DNA of 64,000 nucleotides from NCBI RefSeq assembly GCF_001194135.2, contig NC_068981.1, positions 167,094,254 through 167,158,253 of the forward strand, in the 5' to 3' direction. Each line of letters starts with the position of its first letter. Position 1 is the stretch's first letter. The notes beneath the pieces were generated by a model that did not search any database, was not told the DNA's origin, and saw only the letters and a list, made by a program, of their open reading frames with translations. Shown piece by piece: positions 24,601 through 37,800 of this stretch. This stretch comes from Octopus bimaculoides (taxonomy: Eukaryota). The position numbers were made by a program, and so were the translations under genes.

Positions 24601-25635
24601 AAGGAGCTCGGCCACCTCGCTTCTGTGAGGCCCAACACTCAAAAGGAACTCAGCCAATTTTCCCCCATGAGGCCAAGCTACAAATCCATTTAATACTTAA
24701 GTGCAAAGAATAATTCTGTGAGTCAGACTTGAGTATTGATGATGTTTTAAATTTCTGAAACTGACTTTTTTTGCTATTCAAAATTAATTGGAAATTCATC
24801 ACTGAAGTAAGATATATAGACAGCAGACAGATAGACGATCAGAGAAGCACTCTGAGTCAAACGCAATTATCTATTACATTCCAGTACCACCTGACTGGCC
24901 TTCGTAGGATTTTCGAGTGAGATCGTTGCCAGTGCCCCTGGACTGGCTCTTGTGCGGGTGGCACATAAANNNNNNNNNNNNNNNNNNNNNNNNNNNNNNN
25001 NNNNNNNNNNNNNNNNNNNNNNNNNNNNNNNNNNNNNNNNNNNNNNNNNNNNNNNNNNNNNNNNNNNNNNNNNNNNNNNNNNNNNNNNNNNNNNNNNNNN
25101 NNNNNNNNNNNNNNNNNNNNNNNNNNNNNNNNNNNNNNNNNNNNNNNNNNNNNNNNNNNNNNNNNNNNNNNNNNNNNNNNNNNNNNNNNNNNNNNNNNNN
25201 NNNNNNNNNNNNNNNNNNNNNNNNNNNNNNNNNNNNNNNNNNNNNNNNNNNNNNNNNNNNNNNNNNNNNNNNNNNNNNNNNNNNNNNNNNNNNNNNNNNN
25301 NNNNNNNNNNNNNNNNNNNNNNNNNNNNNNNNNNNNNNNNNNNNNNNNNNNNNNNNNNNNNNNNNNNNNNNNNNNNNNNNNNNNNNNNNNNNNNNNNNNN
25401 NNNNNNNNNNNNNNNNNNNNNNNNNNNNNNNNNNNNNNNNNNNNNNNNNNNNNNNNNNNNNNNNNNNNNNNNNNNNNNNNNNNNNNNNNNNNNNNNNNNN
25501 NNNNNNNNNNNNNNNNNNNNNNNNNNNNNNNNNNNNNNNNNNNNNNNNNNNNNNNNNNNNNNNNNNNNNNNNNNNNNNNNNNNNNNNNNNNNNNNNNNNN
25601 NNNNNNNNNNNNNNNNNNNNNNNNNNNNNNNNNNN

Positions 25636-25671
<36 letters not shown>

Positions 25672-25789
25672 GTATATGTATATATTTATGTAAATATGTG
25701 TGTATGTGTGTGTGTTTATGTATGTATATTGCAACTCATGCCAGCATGAACAAAGCACCCATAAAATGTATGTGATGATGATGATTATG

Positions 25790-25821
<32 letters not shown>

Positions 25822-28800
25822 GAACGCCCACGCGGAGCACCTCCTTAACGAAGAGAAAACTCGCGCGCACAAACGAAGACGCTCAGTGAGTCAGGATGTT
25901 CGTCACGACTAAGCCCGGCTGGAGCACGTAACAATGACAACAGGCAAAAGGAAGAAATAACACGGACCATGCGTTGCGTAGTGAAACTAACTTTTTTTTT
26001 ACATCATCAAAACAAAACAACATTGCATAACAATAATTCATGCTTTTGAAATAACATGTAACATTTAGTTTCCAAGCATTTAACAAAGATTCCAATCATT
26101 GCATAATCAAAAGTTTACAATCAAAGTTTGTGTCTCAAAAGTCAATTAAAAGTTCTTTTTCCTCTTTTGTTTTTCTTTTCTTTTTAACCACATGTAACAA
26201 CAAAGTTCTTTCTTTTCTTTCTTTTCAACCAGTTAATATCACAATTAACAAGAGTTAACGAAGTTCTCTTTCTTTTAAAACATGTAACAACAAAGTACAT
26301 TTTTCTTTAAAAATATATACACAAACCTTTACCGTAACCAATTCAAATCTCCCACTACAGTGACAAGAACTGACCAACGTAGTCTACTACAATCTTTTGC
26401 CTGCCACAACAGTTCCATCTCTCTGTCCCTCTCTCTCTCAGACTCTATCCATTTCTGCTGACTGGTACCTTCTGACAATAGCCTCTCTCTGTCAGACTTT
26501 CTGTTCATCTTGCTTCTCCACTGGCTGCTGGCCTTCACACACTCGTTCTTCACTGGCTACTGACTTGTACACCGACTGCTCTGTCCATCTTCACTGGCCA
26601 ACCGCGCTTACACCAACTGCGTTCGCAAATCTATCCTACCGTATTTATGACAGAAACCATACCCAGCAGTCCTGCGATACCCCTTCCAAAGCTGGGTCAG
26701 TTTAGTACAATTCCTAACTTGTTTTTCTAAACTTTCGATGACCAGAAAGGGTCAGTGATCACACTCCTACGCTATAAATAGCCGTGCTTATTGACAGGAC
26801 AAAGGAAATACCAATATCCTGAACAACTAGAAACGGTTTCAAACCCAGCTCGGGGAATAGGGACATAACATTATTTTGTTTTTTGGCGGTCCGTATCACT
26901 ACCCCTTCCCTTGATCTTTGTCGTCCCGACAAAAGCAAACAACATTTCTAACTCCTTCCTCGATGCTTCTTTGCTTTTTCCTTAGTGTGTAGTGATTTCG
27001 ACTCGTCTGCATTTCTCCGCTTGACACACATCCAGTCACTGTGGCACGTTTGCACTTTTTGCTGCGCTCTTCTCTTCCTGCACAATGCTTGCAGTCCGGT
27101 TCACAAGGACGACGACTCAAACTGTCTGCATTACTATGTACACGCCCTGGATGGTGCTGTACCTCAAAGTTGTGTTGATCTAGTTTCCATAGCCATCCGC
27201 AGTGTCCTCAGCCACTTGAGTGCTGCATGGTCTGTTCTGATGACAAACTGGGAACCGTACAAGTACGGATGGAAGAAGTCAACACTCTTCATCACCGCCA
27301 AAAGCTCCTTACGGGTTACACAGTAGTTCCGCTCAAGTGGACTGAGCTTTTTGCTGTAATATGCCACCATATATTCCTTGTCGTCCTTCCTCTGAGACAG
27401 TACTCCGCCAATACCATAGCTACTGGCGTCACAGTCCAGTATGAAAGGCTTGCTCAGGTCCGGGTATGGCAACACTGGAGAACTCACCAACACCTGTTTG
27501 AGCCCGTCAAAAGCGCCCTGCGTCACAGCATTCCACTCAAACTTTTGGTTCTTCCCCAGTAGCTTGTGCAACGGTGCAGCCACTGTTGCAAAGTCTTTCA
27601 CAAAGCGCCTGTAATAGGTGCACAGTCCTAGGAAACTCCTCAAATCCTTTATACAAGTCAGGACCGGCCAATCCTTCACGGCTGTCACCTTCTCTGGGTC
27701 AGTATGGACACCGTCTTGGCCCACAATATGTCCCAGGTACTTTACTTCCTTCTGAAACAGACTGCACTTCTTCGGGTTCAACTTGAGGTTTGCAGTTCGA
27801 AACCTCTCAAACACCCCCGATAACCTTTCCAGTTCCTGATCAAATGTCCGACCAAAAACTATTACGTCATCAAGATAGATGAGGGCGGCCTGCCAGTGTA
27901 GGCCCTCCAGTACTCGGTCCATGAGACGCTCAAAAGTTGCAGGGGCGTTACACAAACCAAATGGCATCACTTTGAACTGCCACAAACCCCGTCCGTATGA
28001 AAATGCAGTCTTCTCCCTATCCTTTTCAACAACCTTGATTTGATGGTATCCGGCTTTCATATCCAAGGTTGAGAACCACCGAGCCCCAGCCAAAGCATCA
28101 AGCGTGTCGTCAATTCTTGGTAGAGGATACGCATCCTTAACTGTCACCTCATTCAGCGCTTGGTAATCCACACAGTATCTCACTGTGTCGTCTTTCTTCT
28201 GCACTAGAACAACTGCTGAGGACCAGGGACTGTTTGACTTTTCAACTACTCCCTGTCGTCGATATTCCGCCATTACTTCCTCCATTTCCCGTCGCTGAAC
28301 TGGAGCCATCCTCCGAGCTGGCTGCTTGATCGGGTGATGGCCGCCCGTGTCGATATGGTGCTTCACCAGGTCCGTGCATCCAAGGTCTAGATCNNNNNNN
28401 NNNNNNNNNNNNNNNNNNNNNNNNNNNNNNNNNNNNNNNNNNNNNNNNNNNNNNNNNNNNNNNNNNNNNNNNNNNNNNNNNNNNNNNNNNNNNNNNNNNN
28501 NNNNNNNNNNNNNNNNNNNNNNNNNNNNNNNNNNNNNNNNNNNNNNNNNNNNNNNNNNNNNNNNNNNNNNNNNNNNNNNNNNNNNNNNNNNNNNNNNNNN
28601 NNNNNNNNNNNNNNNNNNNNNNNNNNNNNNNNNNNNNNNNNNNNNNNNNNNNNNNNNNNNNNNNNNNNNNNNNNNNNNNNNNNNNNNNNNNNNNNNNNNN
28701 NNNNNNNNNNNNNNNNNNNNNNNNNNNNNNNNNNNNNNNNNNNNNNNNNNNNNNNNNNNNNNNNNNNNNNNNNNNNNNNNNNNNNNNNNNNNNNNNNNNN

Positions 28801-31800
28801 NNNNNNNNNNNNNNNNNNNNNNNNNNNNNNNNNNNNNNNNNNNNNNNNNNNNNNNNNNNNNNNNNNNNNNNNNNNNNNNNNNNNNNNNNNNNNNNNNNNN
28901 NNNNNNNNNNNNNNNNNNNNNNNNTTCCCAAGTCCTTCAGCTTCACGGACTTTTCCTCTCCTCGCCTTGAATCCAGAGCTGCCACTCACCCAGAAATTTC
29001 CGGTGCTAGATTTGACGCAGGACTCGAACTCCAGAGCCCTAGCCAGCACCTCATGCATCGTACCTGGCCGTGTCTGCTTCACCTGGACCTTCATATCTAC
29101 ACTGTCCAGCGCATCTATGAACTGTTCCTTTAAAAGAAGAGACAAGAGGTCGGGGGTCGTTGTCGGGTATGCTTTGTGCACAGTGCTTTCCAAGTCTTGG
29201 GCAAGCTGTTGTAGGGGCTTCCCTCGAGCCCTGACACGGGTGCAGAAACGTGCCCTGTACATTTCACTCTGACACATAGTGCCATATTTCCTCTCGAGAA
29301 CTTCAACTAGCACCGAGTATCGATTCCTGTCTGCTTTCGACAGCTGGCCCAGCATCTCCAATGCAGGACCCTTCAGACTAGTGGCAAGCTGAAAGGCTCT
29401 TTGCCCCTCGTCCCAATCGTTTTGGTCCGTTAGCATCTCGAACTGGATCCGGTAGGCTTCCCACGATACCTTGCCATCGAACTCCTGTGGCTTCTTCCTA
29501 ATGGGGACCACACCGCTACTTCGAACTCCAGGAGACCCGCGTTCAGACGTCGGAGCATCACAAGATGACGCAGCAACAGCAACTACTTCGGGTTTAGCAA
29601 CCCCAGGCTTGGCAGCACAGAATTTTTCGACGCGCTCCATCCTCTTGTTAAGCCTTTCCATCTGCTGTTTGCACCATGCGACATCGTCACTCAGTCCACG
29701 GAACTCCTCCTTAAATTGTCGGTGATCCTCCTGCAACCTCTGTTGCTCTTTCCTGAGTTCAGCGAAACACTCCTTCTGCTCTTCCAGAATTGAGTAATGT
29801 ATCTGAAATATTTATTATCAGTGAAGTAGTTTATGCTTACATTTAATTTGCCGTTCGCGAAAAGAATTGAGTAATGTATCTAAAATGTTTATATCAGTGA
29901 AGTAGTTTATGTCTACATTTAATTTGGCTTTCATGAAAAGAATTTAGTAATGTATCTGAAATGTTTATATCAGTAGTCTATGTCTACATTTATTTTGCCG
30001 ATCGTGAAAAGAATTGAGTAATGTATCTAAAATGTTATATCAGTAAAGTAGTTTATGTCTACATTTAATTTGCCGTTCGACAAAAGTATTGAGTAATGTA
30101 TCTGAAATGTTTATATCAGTAAAGTACTTTATGTCTACATTTAATGTGCTGTTTGTGAAAAGAATTGAGTAAAGTATCTGAAATATTTATATCTGTAAAT
30201 TAGTTTGTCTACATTTAATTTGCCGTTCGTGAAAAGAATTTAGTAATGTATCTGAAATGTTTATATAAGTAGTTTATGACTACATTTAATTTGCCGTTCG
30301 TGAAAAGAATTGAAGAATGTATCTGAACATTTATATCAGTAAAGTAGTTTGTCTACAATTATTTTGCCGTTCGTGAAAAGAATTGAGTAATGTATCTGAA
30401 ATGTTTATATTAGTAAAATAGTTTATGTATACATTTAATTTGCCGTTCGTGAAAAGAATTGAGTAAAGTATTTGAAATGTTCATATCAGTATAGTTTGTC
30501 TACATTTAATTTACCGTTCGTGAAAAGAACTGAGTAATGTATCTGAATGGTTATATCAGTGAAGTAGTTTATATCTACATTTAATTTGCAGTTCGTTAAA
30601 AGAGTTGAGTAATGTATCTGAAATGTTTATATTATTAAAGTAGTTTATGTCTCCATTTAATTTTCCGGTCCCGAAAAGAATTGAGTAATGTATCTGAAGT
30701 AGTTTATGTCTATATTTAATATGCCGTTTGTTAAAAGAGTTGAGTAATGTATCTGAAATGTTTATATTAGTAAAGTAGTTTATGTCTACATTTAATTTGC
30801 CGTTCGTCAAAAGAATTGAGTAATGTATATGAATGTTTATATCACTGAAGTAGTTTATGTCTACATTTAATTTGCCGTTCGTGAAAAGAATTGAGCAATG
30901 TATCTGAATGTTTATATCAGTGAAGTTGTTTATATCCACATTTAATCTTCCGTTCATTAAAAGAGTTGAGTAATGTATCTGAAATGTTTATATTAGTAAA
31001 GTAATTTATGTCCACATTTAATTTGCCATTCGTCAATAGAATTGAGTAATGTATCTGAAATGTTTATATCAGTAAAGTAGTTTTTTTCTACATTTAATTT
31101 GCCGTTCGCGAAAAGAATTGAGTAAAGTATCTAGAATATTTCCTGAAAAGAATTGAGTAAATTATCAAACATTCTTATATAAATAAATTCATTTGTTTAT
31201 ACTATTCCTTCTTTTTATATCAATATGTGAGTGTTTAAAATATTTATTTAAAAATATTTATAAAGATGTATAGTTTCCAAGTTGTGATCTAATTTAACTT
31301 ATCAACCTATGCTAATTACATATTACTATATATTCTTTTTTTCTTTTTTCTATATACATATGCATAATTCTGCAATCGAGGTAGAAAGAGCCATGATGTA
31401 ATGTATTAGGTCCATTTGTCTTTACATGTATGTTAACATATTGTATTATATCACTGTAACCTTTTTATATTTTTATTTTTTCCTCTCTTTCTGTACAATG
31501 AACATCCTGATGAAGGGAGCATCTAATTTCTAATATGTGTACTACACCATATTAATAGACATATTAATGGTCCGTAGATGAAAACTTTTAACATTACCTC
31601 AGTATTGTACGGTTTTTTGATGTACACGTTTTTAATATAATACATGTAAATTTATAGTATCATATCAAATTGTATCATATTGTATATATTTACCCTTTAT
31701 ATGTTAAATCATACTGTACGTTTATATATCGTAATGTATTATCTTAAATTGTCAAATATTTTTATACAACTTGGAAACTATGCATGTTTATAAATATTTT

Positions 31801-34800
31801 AAACATTCATGATATTTCTGAAGTTTATATCATTGTATATGCCTGTATACTTTATTTTATCTTACTTTTTAGACATTTTAGAGACTTAAAACTATATATT
31901 TATTGATTCTAGAATGAATTGAACACACATATACACATATATTAAATCTTGTGTTGGATATACGGTAGTGTTCCTGTGGTCTTCCACCCTTATGTATCCA
32001 TTCTTACTATCATTTGAATTCTAGCTCATGCTGAGCACTTCAACTCTAGCCTGTTTTTATGTATTGTTATATTAACAATATATAATTATACAAAGAATTT
32101 ACAGCTTATATATATATACACAATGGGTTACTTTCAGTTTCCATCTATCAAATCCACTCAAAAGGCTTTGGTTGGCCTGAGGCAATAGTAGAAGACACTT
32201 GCCCAAGGTGCTATGCAGTGGGACTGAATCCGGAACCATGTGGTTGGGAATCAAGCTCCTTACCTTACAGTCATGCTGTGACTTAGTGGTTCAACAAAAG
32301 TAAACCAATAGAATAAGTACCAACCTTGAAAATAGAATAAGTACCGGCTTTGAAAGTCCTGGGGTCAATTTGTTTGACTAAAACCCTTCAAGGTGATGCC
32401 AATGACTGAAATAAGTGAAAGATGAAATATTGATTTCAAATTTTGACACAAGGCCTGCAATTTCGAGGAGGGTTAAGTTGATTACATCAACCCCAGTGCT
32501 CAACTGGTACTTATTTTATTGACCCCCAAAAGGATGAAAGGCAAAGTTCATCTTGGCAGAATTTGAACTCAGAACGTAAAGACAGACGAAATGCTGCTGA
32601 GCATTTTCACCAGTGTGCTAATGGTTCTACTAGCTCACTGCCTTAAGTAAAAGATTAAATATAAAAAAGATGTTTGCAGTGTTCATCTTCTGCTTGTAAC
32701 TAACAACCACCCCCCAAAAAAACAAAAAAAAAACAACAAAAAAATGTTTGTAGCATTAAAAGAAGTTTAAAAAAAAAACATAAAGCAAAATACAAAGTTA
32801 ACAAAATGCATCATGAAATAACTGATGTTTCAAACATCAGGAGTCAAGATACCTGGAAGGCTGTAAGAATTGCAAAGTTGTAAGCCTAATAAAATCAAAG
32901 CAGCATAGGGGAAAATGGGACGTAAAAAGCTGAAGTAAAATAAAGTCAAAATGATAATAATAGACTACAACAACAGCAACAATAATAATAACAAGCAGCA
33001 GCAGCAGCATCACTGCCACTGCCACTATGACCACTGATAACTAACTTAGCTATGATTGGTGGTGGTGGCGGTGGTGGTGGGGGGATGCATAGTGGTTTGT
33101 GGTGTATAGTAATTTCTTTACAACAAATTGAATTTTCAGTGTGACAAAATCAGAAGGGAATCAGATTCTGACTTAATTTGTAAAGTGTTGTTTGGGTATG
33201 TGACAGATCAAATGTTAGATGCGATTCTGAACTCATAAAAGGATATACAATAATGAAGTTACTTACGGATCAAGCATAATGGCATGTTGGTATGCTTTCT
33301 GTGCATTGTCAGCATCATCAAGATATGTTAAACAAACTAGCAAGAGAAGAAGCAGTGAGTTACGACATGTCTTTTCGATTAATTCAGAACATTATGTATA
33401 AACAGTTTGCAAATATCAATGGTATCGAAGTGGAATAATTTGGGCTGTTTATTTATTTCATCACTTGAATGATAATTAATATTGGTTTCAAATTTTGGCA
33501 CAAGGCCAGCAATTTTAGGGGAGGGGTAGATGATTACACTGATCCCAGTACTTGACTGGTATTTTTATTTTATCAACTTCTGAAAGGACGAAAAGCAAAA
33601 TTGCCCTTGGTAGCATTTGAGCTGAGAACATAAAGAGCTAGAAGAAAAGCTGCTAATCAATCTGTCAGCTCACCACTTTCACTCTTTGAATAATAATAAT
33701 AATATTGGTTTCAAATTTTGGGTACAAGGCCTACATCAACCTCAGTGTTTGACTGGAGTTATTCTTATCAACCATGAAAGGAAGAAAGGTAAAGTCGAAC
33801 TTGTTGGAATTTGAACTCAGAACATAAAATAATGGATGAAAAGCCACAAAACATTTTGTCTGGCATGCTAACAATTCTGCCAGCTCACCACCTTAATAAT
33901 AATAATAATAATAATAATAACATTGGTTACAAATTTTTGCACAAGGTCATCAATTTCAGAGGAGAGGGTAAGTCAACTACATTGACTCCCAATGCTCAAC
34001 TGATACATATTTTTATTAACTCCAGAAAAATGAAAGACAAAGTCACCCTTGATGGAATTTGAACTCAGAATGTAAAGACAAATGGAATGCCACTAAAGCA
34101 TTTTTGTCTGGTATGCTAATGATTCTGCCAACCTGCTACCTTTGAATAATGGCATTAGTTTATATGTTACACCCAACAAATAAGATCTGAAACATTCATG
34201 AAATAAACCTTCTGCCTATAGTTTATCATCAAGAATTGTGCATATCTCTGATGCAATCTATCAGCATACTTTCACCAAAATAGACTAATTTAATTTTTGT
34301 TGCCAAGGGTGGTATTGTTGGGCCTCCATCCAGGTAGTAATGTTATTAAGCTGTAACTTACATTAATAACTTAATGTTTTAGCGATATTGTAATCAATTA
34401 CAATAGCCAAACCAAATAACAAGTTTCTCTGCATAATGTTTCCAACATGGCACTGGGCATAAAAGTTTTGTGCCAGGGGTTAGCTGATTGTATCAACCTT
34501 GAAAATATGAAAGGCAAAGTTGAATTCAGCAGGATTTGAACTCAGTATGTAAAATAATACTACAAGGAATTTTACCAACTTTATTTTACTGACCTGGAAA
34601 GTATGAAAAGCAAAATTGACCTTGTCAGGATTTGAACTCAGAATGTGCCAAAATTGGCTTCAAATTTTGGCACAAGGGCAGCAAATTCAGTGGGATGGGG
34701 CTAGTTGATTATATTGATCCTAGTGCTTAACTGGTACTTTAATGAAAGGCAAAGTTAGCCCCAGTAGAATTTGAACTCAGAATGTAAAGATGGACGAAAT

Positions 34801-37800
34801 GCCACTAAGCATTTTGTTCAGCACGCTAATGATTCTGCTAGCTTGTTGCCTTAAAGCTCGAATAAATATTAGTTTCAAATTTTGGCACAGAGCCAGCATT
34901 GTTTAGGGGTGGGGAAATTCAATTACATTGAGGCAAGTGAAATCGAAATTGCACTAAATTCGACGACTGGCACCCACGCCAACGTCGTTTCCTTCATTGG
35001 ACACGAAACTCGGCTTGCGAAGACCTGTTGGGGCAAGCGAAATCGTGATGGCACCTGTGCCTAGCGTCGCCTTTCTGGCACTTGTGCCAGTGGCACGTGT
35101 AAAGACATTCAAGTGAGATCGTTGCCAGTGCCGCTGGACTGGCTCCTGTGCAGGTGGCACATAAAATACACCATTTCGAGCGTGGCCGTTGCCAGTACCG
35201 CCTGACTGGCCTTTGTGCCGGTGGCACGTATAAAGCACCCACTACACANNNNNNNNNNNNNNNNNNNNNNNNNNNNNNNNNNNNNNNNNNNNNNNNNNNN
35301 NNNNNNNNNNNNNNNNNNNNNNNNNNNNNNNNNNNNNNNNNNNNNNNNNNNNNNNNNNNNNNNNNNNNNNNNNNNNNNNNNNNNNNNNNNNNNNNNNNNN
35401 NNNNNNNNNNNNNNNNNNNNNNNNNNNNNNNNNNNNNNNNNNNNNNNNNNNNNNNNNNNNNNNNNNNNNNNNNNNNNNNNNNNNNNNNNNNNNNNNNNNN
35501 NNNNNNNNNNNNNNNNNNNNNNNNNNNNNNNNNNNNNNNNNNNNNNNNNNNNNNNNNNNNNNNNNNNNNNNNNNNNNNNNNNNNNNNNNNNNNNNNNNNN
35601 NNNNNNNNNNNNNNNNNNNNNNNNNNNNNNNNNNNNNNNNNNNNNNNNNNNNNNNNNNNNNNNNNNNNNNNNNNNNNNNNNNNNNNNNNNNNNNNNNNNN
35701 NNNNNNNNNNNNNNNNNNNNNNNNNNNNNNNNNNNNNNNNNNNNNNNNNNNNNNNNNNNNNNNNNNNNNNNNNNNNNNNNNNNNNNNNNNNNNNNNNNNN
35801 NNNNNNNNNNNNNNNNNNNNNNNNNNNNNNNNNNNNNNNNNNNNNNNNNNNNNNNNNNNNNNNNNNNNNNNNNNNNNNNNNNNNNNNNNNNNNNNNNNNN
35901 NNNNNNNNNNNNNNNNNNNNNNNNNNNNNNNNNNNNNNNNNNNNNNNNNNNNNNNNNNNNNNNNNNNNNNNNNNNNNNNNNNNNNNNNNNNNNNNNNNNN
36001 NNNNNNNNNNNNNNNNNNNNNNNNNNNNNNNNNNNNNNNNNNNNNNNNNNNNNNNNNNNNNNNNNNNNNNNNNNNNNNNNNNNNNNNNNNNNNNNNNNNN
36101 NNNNNNNNNNNNNNNGTTTGCTTTATTGTACCAAGACTCTTTAAGAAAGAAAAAACAAATTGGCTGTTGGATCTGCAATGGATATTTAATTCAACTAACT
36201 TTTCTTGAAAAGAACAGACAGTTGGGTGTATAAGAAATTTACTTTTTAATGCTTGAATAATTGAGTAACTATTTATCTATTTTATTTTAGGTCAACTTAA
36301 AATAAACAAAAACAGTAATAATCCCAAATCTTTGATTATAGGTTAGCTCAATTAGAGTCAATTCAAGGCTGGACTGCAGTAACAACGCCCCCCCCCACCA
36401 TTAACAGCACAAAAAACCCATTTAAGACTGAATTCCTAAGTTGTCACAGGTTAGATGTTGCTGTTGTTGTAGTATAGGACAAGATCAACCCTAATTAAGC
36501 AGACCCATTGCATGTCCACAAATCCATAGCTATGGATATGCCATACCTTGTAGTGTAAGATGAAGTTAAAGTGTTTATCTATCCTTTTGATAGCCACAAA
36601 GACCCCATGGGTCAATAATGACCACTTTGCCAACTCCTGGCCTTGACATAAGAGAGGCAACATAAAGTAGAGGTAGGAAATCTCTAGTTTTGAAAGGGAC
36701 AAGGTAACACCTCTTCCTACTTCCATTTTTCTCTCTCTCTCTAGTATTGGTACTAAGATAAAATACAGTTGATAGTTAGCAAATAAACAAAGAAAGAGAA
36801 AGAAAACACAGGGTATAGGGGACTGTTCAGTTGTGTTGAAGGAATGATAACCTCTGTAACAGTGTTGCCATGATTTTAAGCATTAAGGGTACTGAATCAT
36901 TATAAATATAACTAAATGTTTATTGTTCTTTGTCAATTTCTGTTAAGTATTTTCATTACATTTCTATAAGACTGTGCAATCATGTACAGGCTGCTTCCTT
37001 GCAGTGTGGTTGGTTAGATGTATTGAAGTTTGAAAGGTTGGATAATTTTTCCTAATAACAGTAATTAGAATCTATTTTCTACAGCAGTGTTGCATGAGAT
37101 AAATAATGTGGCCACACAAAATATTTAGTGAACTAGTACAATTTGTACATCTAGGAAAAGTCTGTATGCACAAGGCCATGAGTTTTTCATAACCACCCTA
37201 CCTAATTAATATTTTGCTTGTTTCAGTCATTGGAGAGCGGCCAAGTTGGGGCACCACCTGGAAATGTTTAGCCAAACGAATCAATACCAGCATTTGTCTT
37301 TTTTAAATTTTTGTCTCTTTTGCTAAGTTATGAGAACAGAAACAAATCAACACTGGTTCTCTAGTGAAGGTCGTGGTGGGGGGACAAACACACACACACA
37401 CACAGAGTAAGAAGTCACTAAGTATAAATGACTATGAAGAAGGAGAAATTAAGATGAAAGGAATGAATTTATTTTGAACTTGAAAGAGCTTGGGTCATAA
37501 GAAAGAGGAAAAAAATGGTATGGAAGAGAATTTCAAAGATATGGTCAGTTTAAATGCTAAAGGGTTAAATTATGCAAATTACTTAGGCCATAAACGTGTT
37601 CTATTATTATGTATAAGTTTAAGTTTCTTGGCTGATGGAGATAAGGTTGGACAATTGTTGTGCTGATGATGTCTGTTGGGGCAGAAACACAAGTCTACAA
37701 CTGGCCCCTTATTTCAAATTCCTTAGTGATATAGTACCTTTGGAAAATTCTAGATTCTTGAGATTATTTCTCTTTCTCATATGAAATTAGTCTTAACTGT

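Larger units (their letters stand above)
25816..29786 (-). mobile_element. Gypsy/Ty3 LTR retrotransposon, 5'-truncated and lacking integrase
   Basis: gag (28925-29786: [21 protein letters not shown]...[13 protein letters not shown]...QFIDAL); gap 28394-28924; RT ([22 protein letters not shown]) and RNase H ([20 protein letters not shown]) 27030-28393; frameshifting deletion near 27200; PPT and LTR follow. Confidence 0.93.

Noticed and set aside
25816-25930. 115-bp TG...CA segment as a stand-alone solo LTR
   Set aside because: No TSD; the PPT/TG junction at 26898 makes it the end of a 1083-bp LTR.
27227-29725. Plus-strand ORFs over gag/pol
   Set aside because: Antisense shadows of the Gypsy frames.
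29787-31175. 76-bp array as a CRISPR array
   Set aside because: Whole units repeat with no unique spacers, no cas genes, and the context is eukaryotic.
36451-36726. 91-aa minus-strand ORF
   Set aside because: No recognisable motif; it ends in an (AAC)n-tailed repeat and is not needed for the BBS4 model.
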